Shown here: one piece after another, positions 28,001 through 43,000 of the stretch
How positions within the stretch are numbered: position 1 is the stretch's first letter
Layout: each line of letters begins with the position of its first letter
Assembly: GCA_030141605.1 (NCBI GenBank)
Contig: JAQGDQ010000167.1
Location: 19,577 to 83,576, forward strand
DNA: 64,000 nt
Reading direction: 5' to 3'
Origin: Tubiluchus corallicola
Taxonomy: Eukaryota > Animalia > Priapulida
The notes under the pieces: model-generated
The model's database searches: none
What the model was told of the DNA's origin: nothing
What the model saw: only the letters and a program-made list of their open reading frames with translations
Translations under genes and position numbers: made by a program

Positions 28001-31000
28001 AAGACTTAAAAAATGGTAGCGTTGGTTTTTTGACCAAGCACGCGTGTTTTTAGAAGCATCGTGTGGGTAATAAAATCAGGACCACATTGGAACTTGTTGC
28101 TTACCTCTCAGGAGAAGGATAAACTGACAAGTAGACATTTTGTTTTCTTATTACTTTGTCATTTTTGTTATTCTTAACTGTCCTTCGCAAAACTGTTATT
28201 GATAGTTGTGATAATATGACCTGCTCTGATTTATCTAAATGAACTAAAAAGTAAATAAAAGTAATAGAAATAATCATGATCTTTTTTCCATTTCATATGA
28301 AATTTTGTTGTTGGAATGTTTGAAATCTATGTATGTCACAGTCAACATGGAGAACAATAATGCCTATGCAGACCCCCATGAAATGTAACATCAAGACCCG
28401 TTGGTGTTTAAAGTGAGCACTTTGACATTGCAACGTCTCTAAAAAAGAGATTAATTACACTTGTGTCGTTTATTTTCTGGTTCATATGCCTTGTTACCGT
28501 CTGAAAAACTGCAGGACAACAACCGCCCACGTATGTTGCAAAACCTTTTATTGTGAATAAGGGATCACACAACAGATTGGTCAGATTTGTGGATGAGTTG
28601 GGAGGTAAAGAGTTCCACCCCCACCAGAAAAATCTACTAGCTCCCAATCACTAGCCAAAGGGTTCACACTAGACAGTAAATCAACTCGCAGCAACTGTCG
28701 GAAAGTTTGAAATTTCTTGAAGTAACTCGTAAGACAGTTCACACTTACGAGTTTGCTGCCAGATAGGAAAGTGGATACCTAGTTTGAATGCACCATTAGC
28801 TAGAAACACCATTACCTTTTCTTATAGTGACGCTATATTGATCAAGTTAATATGTTACTTGCTCTAACCACACATATTACATTATTTACAGTAGAAATTT
28901 CATTTTATATAAAATGTTTGTTTTTCCACATTTTCAAGCACATCTATCACATGTAGGTAACCACATTCTCATGATTCTCAGATAGTTTACTGAATTGCAG
29001 CAATGCAGCACTAACCAGAATTACAAAGCAGCAAGAATTTGCAAATACAGGACTATTCTGTCAACTCTATCAGTTCGGCACTATAAGTTGCATCATAAGC
29101 AGTACTAGCAGTACTATTGCCATAAAAACCAAGGACAAATTGTTTTTAAAGATGCAGTTGAAATGATATAACAAAAAATAACTTTTAATCATGTACAATA
29201 CACACCTGTGCAAACTTTTCTTCAGTTGTCTGGGTATCAACCACTAGAGTTTCTTCTTCCTCATCTGTTGCCACATTGTCCTCAATTACCTCTGCCCTAA
29301 TGAATTTTATTGCTCCTCCGAACAAAGTGGAAACTCCAGTTAAGATAGACCTGTGCAAAAACAGACACCTTTTAATTGCACAGAAGTTCTATTATGGGTA
29401 AGTTTTTGAGTGAAGGACTCGAAACATCATGTGCAAGTATTATATTTCATGCACTTTAGAGAAGAGCAGCTTCCTCGAGACTGCTTAAAGTCACGAAGCC
29501 ACCCTCAAGCTTTAGCAACTATTATTGTTAACTTTTTTAATAAATAATAAAAATTGTTCTTATATCTTAATTAATTATTACTGACTGATCGACTTCACGA
29601 CCGAGACATCTGATTCGGAGCCATCCACATATAACGATATCAAGTTTTTGACCAATTTCGAGGACCTACCTTCCTTGCGTTACAACGGCGTCATCACATG
29701 CCCCACCACCTACCTCCCCCTTATATTGATATCGATATGAAACCGATGTAGCTTTTTGTATATTTTAATTCTTTCTCCCAAGGTAAGGCAACAACATCAC
29801 TTGTGTTAATTAACGGGAAGCCATCACTGGATTCTGTTGGCATCGGCAGTGGCAGCCCCAAACAAACACAGCAAATCGAGATTTCACGGAAAAACTGAAA
29901 AAATGGCAGCTGTTGGTAACAGATGTTAAATGGTGCAAATTTGGCGACATGATAACGATGCGATACGATACTTTTATAATGATACGATAATGATGATCCA
30001 TTTTTAGACAATATGATACGACAAATTATTGCTAGCGATAAAAAAGACAATTTATGAACAACAGAAAAAGTATCATTAATAAGTAAAATTATTAAGTGTT
30101 GTGTACTTAAATGGCTGCTAGTTATGAAACACAAGTCTTTTGTGTCTTTATGTCTAATAAAGAGGCATGGTATCTAACTATAATTATATTAAGTTTTTAA
30201 CACTTTAAGTTGCAGATTGGCAGATTAAGTTGGTAGTACTATAAATATAGGCAACTACTATAAGAGCTACTAGCTTCACGAATCCAATCTGTCACAGATA
30301 GTCAATTATATTATCATGTGCTCTCAGTAATGCATAAATACAAAGTGTTTATGTAAATGAGGTGGGTAGTTTGGCAAGAGCAGCCCATTGTTGCTTGCAG
30401 AGCAAGAACTAAGAAACCAGGCAGATGCAATGATTCATTTGGCAATTACATCTGTATTATAATTAGCATTGACATATGCCTCTTTCAAATGTTTAGCCAC
30501 AATTGTGTGTAATTTTCTTGCAGTAATTTTCTTGCAGTACTTACAGACGGGAAATGTTTCTGATAATTCCGCTGTACTGTTTCTCAGTCACGATTTCTAC
30601 AAAACAGTCAGTCGCTGCTGACGGAGTGCAAGGCATGTGTATAGGGTATACGGTACACTGTACAGTGTATTTGGCAATCATGCGTCAGTATGATTCAAAA
30701 ATCAGAATGAAGATAGCCGCTATTGCTAGGGGAAAGTACAAGAAAATGATTCGGCGCTGACGAGCTTATAATTTTAAATAATTCTTTTTGTCAATTTTTC
30801 TGCGTACTTAATCTAAATAAATGGAAAAACAAAGTGAAGCGATTTTATACAGGTAAGCGATAAGCAATGATACGCGCGCAATTCGATACGATAACGATAT
30901 TTCTAGATTATTATCAATATGATACGGATAAAAATGAATCTTTAGTAAGGATACGATAATCCACAATTATCCATATGACAATTATTGATACATATTGTTA

Positions 31001-34000
31001 TCGTCAACATCCCTAGTTGCTGGGATTAACAAAAAATGGAGCGTCGTCTGCTGCTGGCATGCACGGGCGAAAAAAGCATGCAGTCAGATAACAAAATCAC
31101 GACTAAATCACAACGTACCTTGCATTATAATGGCATTATCACATCTTCTGCCACCTACCTAGGTACCTAAATTTGATATCGTTATATAATTTCAGCCCAT
31201 TATTAAAGACAAACATTATGACCTAAGGATGACACCATGTTTACTACAGACATCTAACTTGCATCAGGATCAAATTGGGGGTCATACGAAGATGACTGGC
31301 TGAATGACAAAATACCTAGATGAATCTTCTAAATCGCAAGAGCTCGGAACATGTTCCATCGCATTACGTTTTAAAGCCTTTCCAATTTCCTGAAACTTGT
31401 CCATGGCAACCATCTATCAAAGCAAACAAAATTAATTACACGTCTCCAACAACTCATTAGCAGAATGGCACAGGGAGTTAAATACACAGTAATAAAATGT
31501 TTACTTTTATCGAAATTGACTAATGCATTGATGGGCTCCACGGGAAACAGTGTAAACACTCCACTTATACGAAGTTTAAAAATTTGTCTTGAAATTTTAT
31601 ACCATGTAAATACTGCCTTTTTGCAATCATTACTTGTGTCGGCAGTAACGCTGTATAAAACATGTAAATTTAAACTCCAGCGATGACCGTTAGATGCAGC
31701 AATTCTCGTGTTAAGTCATTTGAAACAAGTTTAGATGACATTGTGTAAAGTTTGAAAAAGTAATCAGAACATTCGTGGCACACGCGTCACTGAATCTTGT
31801 CAATAAGATGAAAAAATCATTTTAGTTAGTCATTGGTGCACCCTGGAGGGTGAGAAAACGACATATTACCAATTGGTTATAATTACTTTTCTAGTTACAT
31901 AAGTCTTTTAAGCTGGTAAGCGAAATGCTAAGCAACATAACTTTGTATGGAAAGTTTTTTGAGATAAGATTTAACATTGCCTTTTCAACCCCCTCATTTA
32001 CATTGTATGTATATGACCCCATGTATTAGCGTGGTCGGAACAGTGTTGTAGGAAATGGAAAAAAACAAAAACTCCTTTTAACGCAGGTACGATATATGCA
32101 TAAAATTGCTATAAAGTAATATTATTTTTAAGGCGATTTTTCTTAAACCTACTTCAGTTACCCCTTTTCTTGTTCTTTGAGCCACAAGTGAAGAAGATTA
32201 AAAGCTAATAATGTAAATGTAACGTAGACTTAATGTTGAACGACAGCTCAAATAAAGTCATTGCAAAGTACAATTAATAAAATGGGCTGAATTAAACCAT
32301 TTAAAAGTTTTTATTTTTGAGATTAAACTGTTGAATTACACAAAAAGTAGTTTACAACTATAACATTCGTTTTTACAGTTCATCGCAAAATTCAGTATTT
32401 AGTATAGGGCCCTACGTAATGTACATGATTGTGGGAGGGAGGGGGCTGGAATCTTGCTCATTCAAATGGAAAAACCTGAAAAATACACAGTAAACTGGCA
32501 GTGATGTCTTCGTATTGTTAGCAATCTTACACATCTTACTTCATCTAGGTAAATATCCATAAGCAGCCTGTCTAGACACAGTTTTTTGCACTATCCACCT
32601 ATGAACTAAGCTCGGGGTCACTTAACTTCATTCACTTAGTATACTGTGACCACTCAGCCATTTACCTTGCATTCAGAAAATATTATAACATGATTCATAT
32701 ATTAATTGTTAGGTCTATCATAAACACTTTTTCAGGACCACGTTCATGCTCTTGTCTCAATTTAAGTCTCAGAATAAATTTGGAAAGAACCTTGTTAAAA
32801 CTTTTGAAACTCCTTTCTCTGTAGAAAACCAACAAAAGTAGAGACAAGTCAAGTAATTGAGTCACATAAAAAGTAAATGGAGTATCTGACTCACGATTAA
32901 ACAAACCTTAGTTTTCGCTGTCATTTCGGCTTCGACTGCGGCGGCTCGACTCAGAATAGTTGACGTCTGCTTCACAGCACTCATGCTGTCTACAGGCATC
33001 TTAGCCACAACGTTCACTAGTGATGCTCTTACCTGTAATTAACAAAATAAAAAATTGCATAGAAAAAAATTCATGGACTTAAAATGTATACAACTTTTCG
33101 CTAATAAAAGACAAATCACAGCTATTTCCTTCAATACATGCAGCAAGTCCATGCTTAAAGCAAAACCGGATCCCGTCTTAAACTGCAGGTCAAAACAATC
33201 TACTCGTTAAAATATTGTAGGAAACATGCTATTTATTTGAAAATGACTTACGTGAAAGAATTGTTATCACACAAACACAAATTTGCTTTCGAGCCACAAG
33301 TTCATCGCTGTTACATGCATTTCGCTAGTTGTTCACTAGTTAGATAGGCACTAGCGCCTGCATTTCGAAAACACATTGCACAAAAAACAGGTGCTGTACC
33401 TCTCAGTTCAGACGTGTTAGTTTACAACAAACTGCACACGTTCGACAGCTCATGTGTGAACACAGCGGTAAATTTGTAATATGAATTTTTATCTTAAAAT
33501 ATGCCTAGTTTTAGTACAATATCTTACAGTAGCACTGTACTTCAATTTTTGCCCCACAAACACGCTACATGCTCATGGAATATTTTTGATGTTAAAAATT
33601 ATGTTCGTTTGTGATTTCATCAATAGTTGGGCTTGCAAGCCATTAATTAAGTTTTTAATCTATTATTTAATTATCAGAAATGCTTTTGCAGTATTAATTG
33701 TGTTAAAATGCATACTTTTGTCCAACTTGAAAATGGTGTAGTATATGAAAAATCATCCTGTCTTCCTTTAATGACACTAATGTGATCCAGCAAAGTGAAA
33801 CGAAACGATATTTTCATTAAAAAACAATGTAGAAGAATACAGTTCAATTCCACGAACAAAAATTGATAATTCTTGGGTCATAGATCAAACATTTTACTGA
33901 CTTTCATTGCCTGCACAAGTGCACTATGTCTCTACAAGCCAACAATTTATAAACAAAGAGTACATTGGGATGACATCATAACAACGGTCCAGCAAAAAAT

Positions 34001-36988
34001 GCCCAAAATTAGACCTACAATTAACTTCCAGTTATTGGTCGTGGAAAGAGTGTTTGCAAAAGAAGAGAGTTTCCTGGGTCCCTCTTTGCAAAGAAATTTC
34101 CCTACAAGCGTTCAGCGCATTGTTACCTGAGCTTTTTTCTGCAGAAATGCTCGCTCTTCTTCTTTTTCCTGCCAAGTTTTATGCTTTTTGGTTGGTGAGA
34201 CGCCGTCATGACGCGTGAGACGCGTCACATTCGCATTCAGCACAGATGTCGCAACATTCACTATAGTTGCAATACCTAAAGAAGACTACTAAACTTTTGT
34301 AATAATATCCGCTTTAAAAAAACAGCAAAAGGTCTTAGTCAGAGACACAATTTAGGTGACCATGGTATGCAAAAAACTTAGATGTTTCAACTATCACTGC
34401 AATCACATCAGTAAACAGTAAAACTATCAGTAAAATACAAGATTTTTTAAAAAGCCAACTCTGTATATTTAGAGTCAACAGCAGATTAGCCCTTTCTTAA
34501 CTATGATAAATAGAAATGCAGCAAAGTATAAGCAAATATGTAGAAAACCATTATGGCCCGAGGTGATAGGGACGTCTGATAAATTCCCTCAATACTATTA
34601 TTACTACTTCTACTACTTAATGCAATTTGGGTAAATACCACCTTGGGTGGCACTAAATTTGGAAAAAAACATCTTAACAGTCAATGTGGCCTTTACTTGA
34701 CATTACTCGACGACAACAGAAACAGTTCTTAGACATAACCATTAGTAATTTTTTGTAGCACTGTATTTAGTCAAACAAACATTTATACGCTTCTATTGTA
34801 CAGATAGAATCGGCATGAAAATATTTTCAACACAAAACGACCTCGCCACATCGGCACTACTCATACTAGCAAAACTGACAAATTTACATACTGGCAAAAC
34901 TGACAAATTTACAAAAAGTTCCAGAGGCGACAATTTCAGATGGAGTGAAGAACACGAAAGCAGGGGAACATGAATGCAGGCTATACTTGCTTCACTTCTA
35001 TTGAAGGATGCAAATAGACCATAATAGGCAATTAGCATAACTATACACTGGAACCGAATATACATATTTTAATTACCGTATATACGTGTGTACAAGTCGA
35101 CCTTATGTACAAGTCCACGTGCATTTTAAGACCAAACATTGCATCATTTTATATCTTACCTGTGTACAAGTCGACCATAAAATATTAAGATCTTCCAGAG
35201 TAAATGATGTCAACTATGGCCGAATAATAAATCAATAGTTGCGTTAAATTTATGCATGTATGCTGGTAATCGATATTTTGCCAATAAAACACGCATATAC
35301 AAGGCCAGTGGAAAACTTCCTGCGGAAGCCGATAGGCAGCAGCACCTGCACAACATTGGCGATTTCCATGTTCTGATCGAGTGCTCCATCGCTAGTTTAT
35401 TTACCGGTAATATATAAATTTTAACTTAATTTCACATACATTAAAATAAATTACAGTCATATTTGTGAATTTTGTGAAGTAATGTGAAGTTGCGAACATT
35501 CTCTGATGTGAAGTATCACAGTATGATTGTTCATTCAGTCCAGCGTATAATGAAGGATTATTTCTTTACATATTCGTATTGTAGATGACTCTTTGGCGAA
35601 ATCTCCCGAAAACATATCGTAAGTATAACTCGACCTCCAAAAATTTCACCTTAAAATCGCCTCCCAAAAATTGGACTTGTACATGAGTATATACGGTATA
35701 CTGTTTATGTTTATATATCTATATGCACTTATCCAATCTACAACAACTAACCCTCACAGCTAATTCAATTAATTTGGTTGAAAATCGAAATGGCAGTCGC
35801 TCCTCTAAAGATCTTGCATTTATGAAAAAAGGAAAGCCATTTAGAAATGCATTACCAAGTGAAATAAAACACATAAATCAAGGTCACCTGAGGTCATCTT
35901 GTGACATCACTCATAATGTAATATGTACACATTATGCTACTCTTGAAAAAACCCAAAAAAACATCACAATTCTTTCTCTTTTAATATACAAAGCAATGTT
36001 GTTGCTGTTGTTGTCGTCGTGGTCATTGCAGAGATTCGGACATTGTAAGTTACCAATATCTCTTATTCATCACAATATCACTTATGTTCTTTGCATGTCA
36101 TCATCGTGGTCGTGGTTGTCGTCATCGTCGTCGTTATCAATGCCTAAATAGATTCGGACATTGTAAGTTACCAACAACTCTTAATCACCACAAAATCACT
36201 TATGTTCTTTGCATACCGTCATCGTGGTCGTGGTCACCATCGTGGTTTTCGTCATTGTCGTCGTTATCTATGCTTAAATAGATTCGGACATTGTAAGCTA
36301 GCAACAACTCTTAATCATCACAAAATCACTTATGTACTTTGTATGTCGCCGGCCTTTAACAATTCATCAACTTTACTTGGTCCATCAGAGTCACTTGAAA
36401 CGGTCAGCTTTTTCAACGCATCGTAAACGTCCATTTCAGGAACTGTTGCGAACTGGAACTGGAGATCGGCATGCCCGTACGGGTACACCTGCAATATCCA
36501 TCGAGCACATACAACGTTAATGCTACCGTTGTAAACTTACCAAAAAATAATGAAAAGGGCAAAAACAAAGAAACAATATTCGAGAAGAAAATAACAATAC
36601 GACAATGACAGCAATAACAATATTGACAGAAAATAATCCAATGATATTATTGTAATAAGATTGATTTTTTACACCGTGTTTAAAACTCCACATGAACATT
36701 CTTATTCTCGTTGGAGATGTTCTCCATTGTACAAGTCTTGGAAAGTTTTACAAATAATTCTAGGTTTATTAGTCTGTGTCTTTCCGAAAAAAAATTTCCA
36801 TGTTACATTCACTATCTATATAATTGAAGTTAACGGCAGTGGTCCTAACAAGCCACTGGCATAGCAGCGTCTAGTTTTTTGCGGGATTACTGCTGTGCTT
36901 ATCTGTCTTGAGGGCAGATTTCTTTTATTTTAGAATACTGCCTGCCGACTGCCTACAATAGATGTAATAGGCATGTGATGATGATGAT

Positions 36989-37044
<56 letters not shown>

Positions 37045-40000
37045 GCCACTGTTTGTGGTTCAAAAACTTTACCGTGCATATCTCAGTATATGTTCGTTAA
37101 AGTGTTATCGTTGATTCGAAATACGAGCTTCATAGAACTACATCTAATTAATAATTAAAACTAAATCAGCTAGTTTTAATTATAAAATTGTTGCACATGA
37201 AAACAGGCTAATTTTTACTATCTCTCTGTGGCAGAGGAAATGCAGCATAACTAATGCAAATGGAGACAAACCGAAAGCCTGATGTTGTTTACATACAAAT
37301 TATACATTAACAAAACTGATTAAATCTACAAATAAATAAGAAATTTGTTATATAAAAATTATGCAACATACTTATGCAGAACATAAAGAATAATCAGACT
37401 TAAATGTAACTAGTATAAACCAGAGTGTTTACCGTGACATTAAATTTCGACCAAGTAGCTGATTTATATGAATCCGACACCATAAGCACTAATTCTGCTG
37501 TATAATTCCTCTCTGCCAAGCCAGGAGATAGGAGAGTAGGTGGAAGTTTAGGCTCAGAACCGTAGTGTAATAATGTCTCTGAAACAGATTGTCATAAATT
37601 TAGATAAGCATTCTTTGTATCTTAATCTCAGTGTAATTACAGGAAAAGCCGAGACTTCTCTATGAGTTTATTGCTTATACATGTACAATGCAGTGTCTGT
37701 ATAAAAAGCTTATTTCAAGTTCACAAAAAACAATCGAAGAATTTAGTAATAACAGCATGATAAGCTCCTAGTATAATTAAGTGAAGAAAGCTTAAAGTCA
37801 CAATCTTTTCACATTTGGGCGCTCCCATTTTCTACTTCCACTCTTTTACCAATGATGTCGTTCATTGACTGAAGGAAAGTAGTGCACCGTCAATTTCCGT
37901 AAAAAGTATAAGTTTTTGCAAAAAAAATAGATAGCTAATATTGCGATATTTTTGCATGAATATTAGATAAGCTGCAGATGTTTGAGTGAATTTAAGCATT
38001 TGCGTGTTTACGGAAAGCCATCTTGCGCTTATAAAAAGTCACGAAGTCCAACAATTACGTTGTAATTTTCAAGTGAATGACGACTACCACTACACTCGAA
38101 AATTTCTATACAGTGATAGCATAAATTAACTTTACGATATGTAGACAGCTTTTTAAAAATTTATTTGTTACATTTTTCTAAGTTTAAGTGACTTATCCTT
38201 TCCTTTAATATACAGTAGTACCACTGTTTTCGACTACAATTCGTTCCTAAAGAGTGTTTGAAAACCGATTTGGTTGAGTACTGATTTCCATAAGAAATAA
38301 TGTAAAAGTGTGGAACAAATAATCTGTTCTCAAGCACCAAATGAACTGTAAAGTATTACTAAAACGAAATAAAATAATGCAAAAATGTTTATTCAAACAG
38401 TCAATATGATATAATTAATAAGAAAAACTTAATAGAATTACTCACAAAGAAAAACATAATTATTCATGCACGAAAAAACCCATAAAAAAGAAGTGGAGAA
38501 AGCACTTAGCGATGTTAGGCGATTCAAATGTTATGCGTGACTACTCTCGGGCGTGGTCGGTTACACTCGGCTCTACTCGGTTCGCCGTGCATGCATTTTC
38601 AGACAATTTCAGCTCGAATTTTCTGGTCGAAAACCGTTTTGTACGAGTACGGGGACGTTTGACAACGGAGGTATGATTATTATAATCCTAAAATGTTGGA
38701 TAACCACAGCCAAACTGTTAACCTGAGCTTATTTTTAGCTGACACACCATTGATACAATATGACAAATTACAAAACCCTGCAAACTAAAATGATTTTATC
38801 TTTATTTGCTATAGTGCAGCTAAACATTTTTCTATTTAGAAAGAAGAAAGGAAACAACTTGAAATGCTGCTCTGTCAATTATTAACAATTTCATAACTGA
38901 ACCGCTTAAGTGAAGTAATGCACTTTACAAATACTGTTGCCATGGTAAACAATACATTAATAAAAGATGAATACTAGAGTCAGACATTGTCAGATGAGTA
39001 AGATAAATTTTAAACTGATAAGAATATCGATCAGTATTTAATTGGACTTCGATACCCTTAAAAAAAAAATAATAATAATAATAACAACAACAATACCCTT
39101 AAATTTACTAATAATAAGCAATATATTGCACATTTAGATAAATAATACATACCATGTTTCAGTTCGTTGCCCCTTGTGTAGTGAAATTCATATGTTAATG
39201 GAACGTCTTCATCAATATAATTCTCACAGTCAACAGAAAATTCGGTAACCACAGCAATGCCTTAATAGATGTAGAAAAAAGAGCTTTTATTAGCAGAAAT
39301 ATGCACGATGGTCAAAACTCAAGATTGTAAGCTGCCAATTGTTCCAAATAAACAGAAGAGGTGCAAAAACTTCTTAGATATTCAAATTTTAGTATATCTT
39401 TCAAGAAGATGCAGAATTTAAAACTGCACAGGACATGTCATGGCTAATGTTGAGCATATGTGATAAAGACTTACCTTTAACCGGCATAACAGTACAATTT
39501 GCCGGCACAGGCCGCTCATTAACATAAAGCTCGTGTGTAGCCATTCCAAAACCACCACTTTTCAGATGACCTAAACAAAACAGCATTAATGACATGACAA
39601 TGTATCTGATATTAGTATAAATAAGTAGTACCAGTAGTAGTAAAATGCCATAGTGAGTATACAATAAATTACATACATTATAAGCAGGCACAGACTAATG
39701 AAATTATGGAGCCCCCTGTGACGGAGTCACCCTCTAACTCTTGACACTTAAATGTTTTTCATACATGATATATTTTCGCGACATTTACGTAGCTTGAAGT
39801 GAACTAGCAAATTCTTTAAATAAACTAGAATTACTATCTTTTGTTTGTCAATAAAAATATTGTTTAAGAAAAACTACTATTTTACTATTTGTTGCAAAAC
39901 AAATTAACACGTATTTCAACACAACTATAGTAAAAAAACAGACTTTTCACCAAAGCTTGAGGGTCCCAAGTTTCCAGCATTGTAGCCTATACTAGTGTAT

Positions 40001-43000
40001 AGGATAATCCAGCCCTCTTGAGGGCCCCAAGCCTGAACGGCCCTGTGCCACAGTCTATACTAGTCTATAGAATAATCCTGCCCTGATTATGCTGCAGAAC
40101 ATTTTACAAATTAGTTCAAATATCAGCTCAGGCAACTGTACACTTCAGTGGTAAAGAATTTACTTTAGTTGCTTTTAAATCTCTAAACTACTGTTCTCGC
40201 GATATCAGGTTTGCATAAACTAGAATATACTTTAATGCCTTCGTCACGAACAGCAGGTGCAATAACAGTTCACTGGTGACTTAATTTTACTCTCCACACA
40301 TGTACTTAGGCTAGCAAGTCAGGTTTCAGCCCGACACATGACAATGTTTATGAAAATTTTGAAAGAAATAAGCAGAAAAACTACTGACATTGATATCATC
40401 ACATACATGGATCACATAAAACAGAAAACAGAAACATGAACAAACTGGCAAATCATCCTATACAAGTGTCTGGCCCATTCTTACCAATCTTACAGTCAGT
40501 GTTTGGAACAACTACCTTTTTCTCACCTACCTTTAATTTATTTTCCTCAGCTTCTACAGATATCTACAGTATCTACATCTACTTTCGAAATATCTACCTT
40601 AATCTACTTAAATAAATAAAAACAAACAGGTAATAAATTGTTAATAAACTCTGTTAGCTCCTTTATCTTCCAATGTTTCCTTCATCTTTGTCTCAGATAT
40701 TATTATGGAAAATCGTTCATTCTGTTCATGTTTTGAAAAACAGTCATTCTTGCATTTTGCTCATGCATCGTGTAACATGTACAAAACACTGCTTACAGTT
40801 ATTACCTTTCGCTTCAACTGTGTAATTTTCTCCTTCTTCAAATGCATTTTTCTTTATCAGGAAGATATCAGTCTCTGAACAAAACGATGACATCGAAGCA
40901 ATGTCAAATAAGTGGTCATTACTAGTCTTGACCGACCAAACATAATGCAGAGAGGTTTCTCCACAGCTTGTACATTCGGCCTGCAGAACAAGATTTTCCT
41001 CATGGTTGGCTTTTGCTTCACAGTTCTTTAAGCACCTAAATGAAACGTGAAATTTTGTATTGTTTGCATGACCAAATTGTTTTCAACTTAATTTTTGCAC
41101 TGAAAGTTGTTCAAAAAGTCAACCTCTGCTGGGGTTTGAACTTAGGCCTCTGCTTAGCCAGAATACATTAACTAACTTTTGCAATAAGCCTTTTCACAGT
41201 TTCGTTGTGCATAAGTGCAGTTGCTGTAGGTCAAAGGTTAAGTGTACAACAGCAAAGCATCTTAACTGCAACCGTCACATGACATGTGGGTAAAGCGAAG
41301 CCGTCTACTGCATCAGTTCAGTAACTTCAATTGTTTTATGTGGACATTACTTAATTATGTATTAATCTGTGTATAGAGTGATTTACTAGCAGGATCTTGC
41401 TTGTGAGCAAAAAAAAATTGAACTAGCTAAGGTTCTACCTAGCTGAAAAAAATTTTACTAACACAAAAGGCGATGCAAAGTGTACAAAAATATATTGCGT
41501 GGTTCACTTAACTTTTGACGTTTTCACGATCGTCATCAATCACTGAAACTGTGAAAAGGCTAATTGAATCACTTGTAAATTTTTATTAATACAAGCACGC
41601 ATATATAAGTACAAGCTTGAAGGCATTTCAGAATGCATACATATATTGTACATAGTAGAAATACTACAAACTGGCTGATATGGTCGCACTAATGAATAGA
41701 TAAAGGAATAAATTTTATACTCCATCAGTGACTTTTGTTATGAAGAAACTCTAAAATTTGTTGAATTAAACTAATACTCGATTATCAGAAACATAGCAGT
41801 TTGTCAGAGCCCATATCATCCAAAATTCTGGCAGCTGTTTTACTATCTCCTTTCCCTTATTCTAAACAAACTGAAATATTCAAAAATGTCCTGAGTATTC
41901 TACCAATACTACTATTGTATCCAATTAAATTAGAATCCATATTTTTTGCGAAAAATTAATTAAATAACAAACATGCTGAAACAGAAAAATGACCAGTTTA
42001 TTTGAATGTTACCTTATTTTAATAACAGGTCTGTCTCCAAGGTAAGTATTTATAATTTGTTTTGTAGACTGGACAGTCCGGTTTGCCTTTCCAAAAAAGA
42101 GAACAAAAGTCAAAGTTGAAAACAACGTTAAACTCTTCTCAGGAATTGTGAAAGACGCCTCTGAAACAAACATAAGAAGTTGGGCTCAGTGAACTGTGTT
42201 AAAGTTTTCACATAGAAAACCAGATTTGAAACCCAGATGTCTGTTTAGTAAATCCATTTGCTTGCGTTTTTCTTATAAAACATAATCAGAAATTTACAAA
42301 TTATTTGAGGAAAGGAAACTTAGCTATGTAAAACTTTACAAATTTTTCAAACATAAATAAATAGGAAATTATTGGAATTCAGCCTGGGTTTGATCTGCAA
42401 ACTTTTAGTTCTATAACCCAACATTCTCACCAATAATATAGAGAATTTAGTTAAGTCTAAATAAAGTTTTACTGTTTGGGTGGCTCAGCAAGAACAAGCA
42501 CTGCTTTTGTGTTTTTGTTTTTGGTAAACCTACAAACCAATTAACATTTTCAGAAAATGTTTGTTCAGTAGGCAAACCTTTAAAGCAAAAGTCAAGTCTC
42601 TCGGGAAGTTGAGCTTATTCTAATATTTGAGAAAAATGTTGAAAAGTTTCAGCAATTAAACTATGATAAGCGCTTCGTGTAATTAATAATTTCAATTTAA
42701 AATCGCGATCATTTCACGCTTGGGCGCACTCATTTTGGTAAAAAATGGCATAATCTGGTTAATGCGCAATATAAACAGTAATTCTGCCAAGTGCTTAAGC
42801 AATCATTTTTTGACTTATAGAGCAAACTCTGTAAACTAAGCAACCCACCCGGTATATATTGCATGCTCGCAGGTTTACATGTGTATCTGAAAGTTGTATC
42901 TCAATGCATACCTTCATCACAGTTTGCCTTCACAGCATTCATGCTGGATAGCAGTCACCAGCTTACGTCGTTTTTTCAAATATGCTGGCAGCCACGATCA

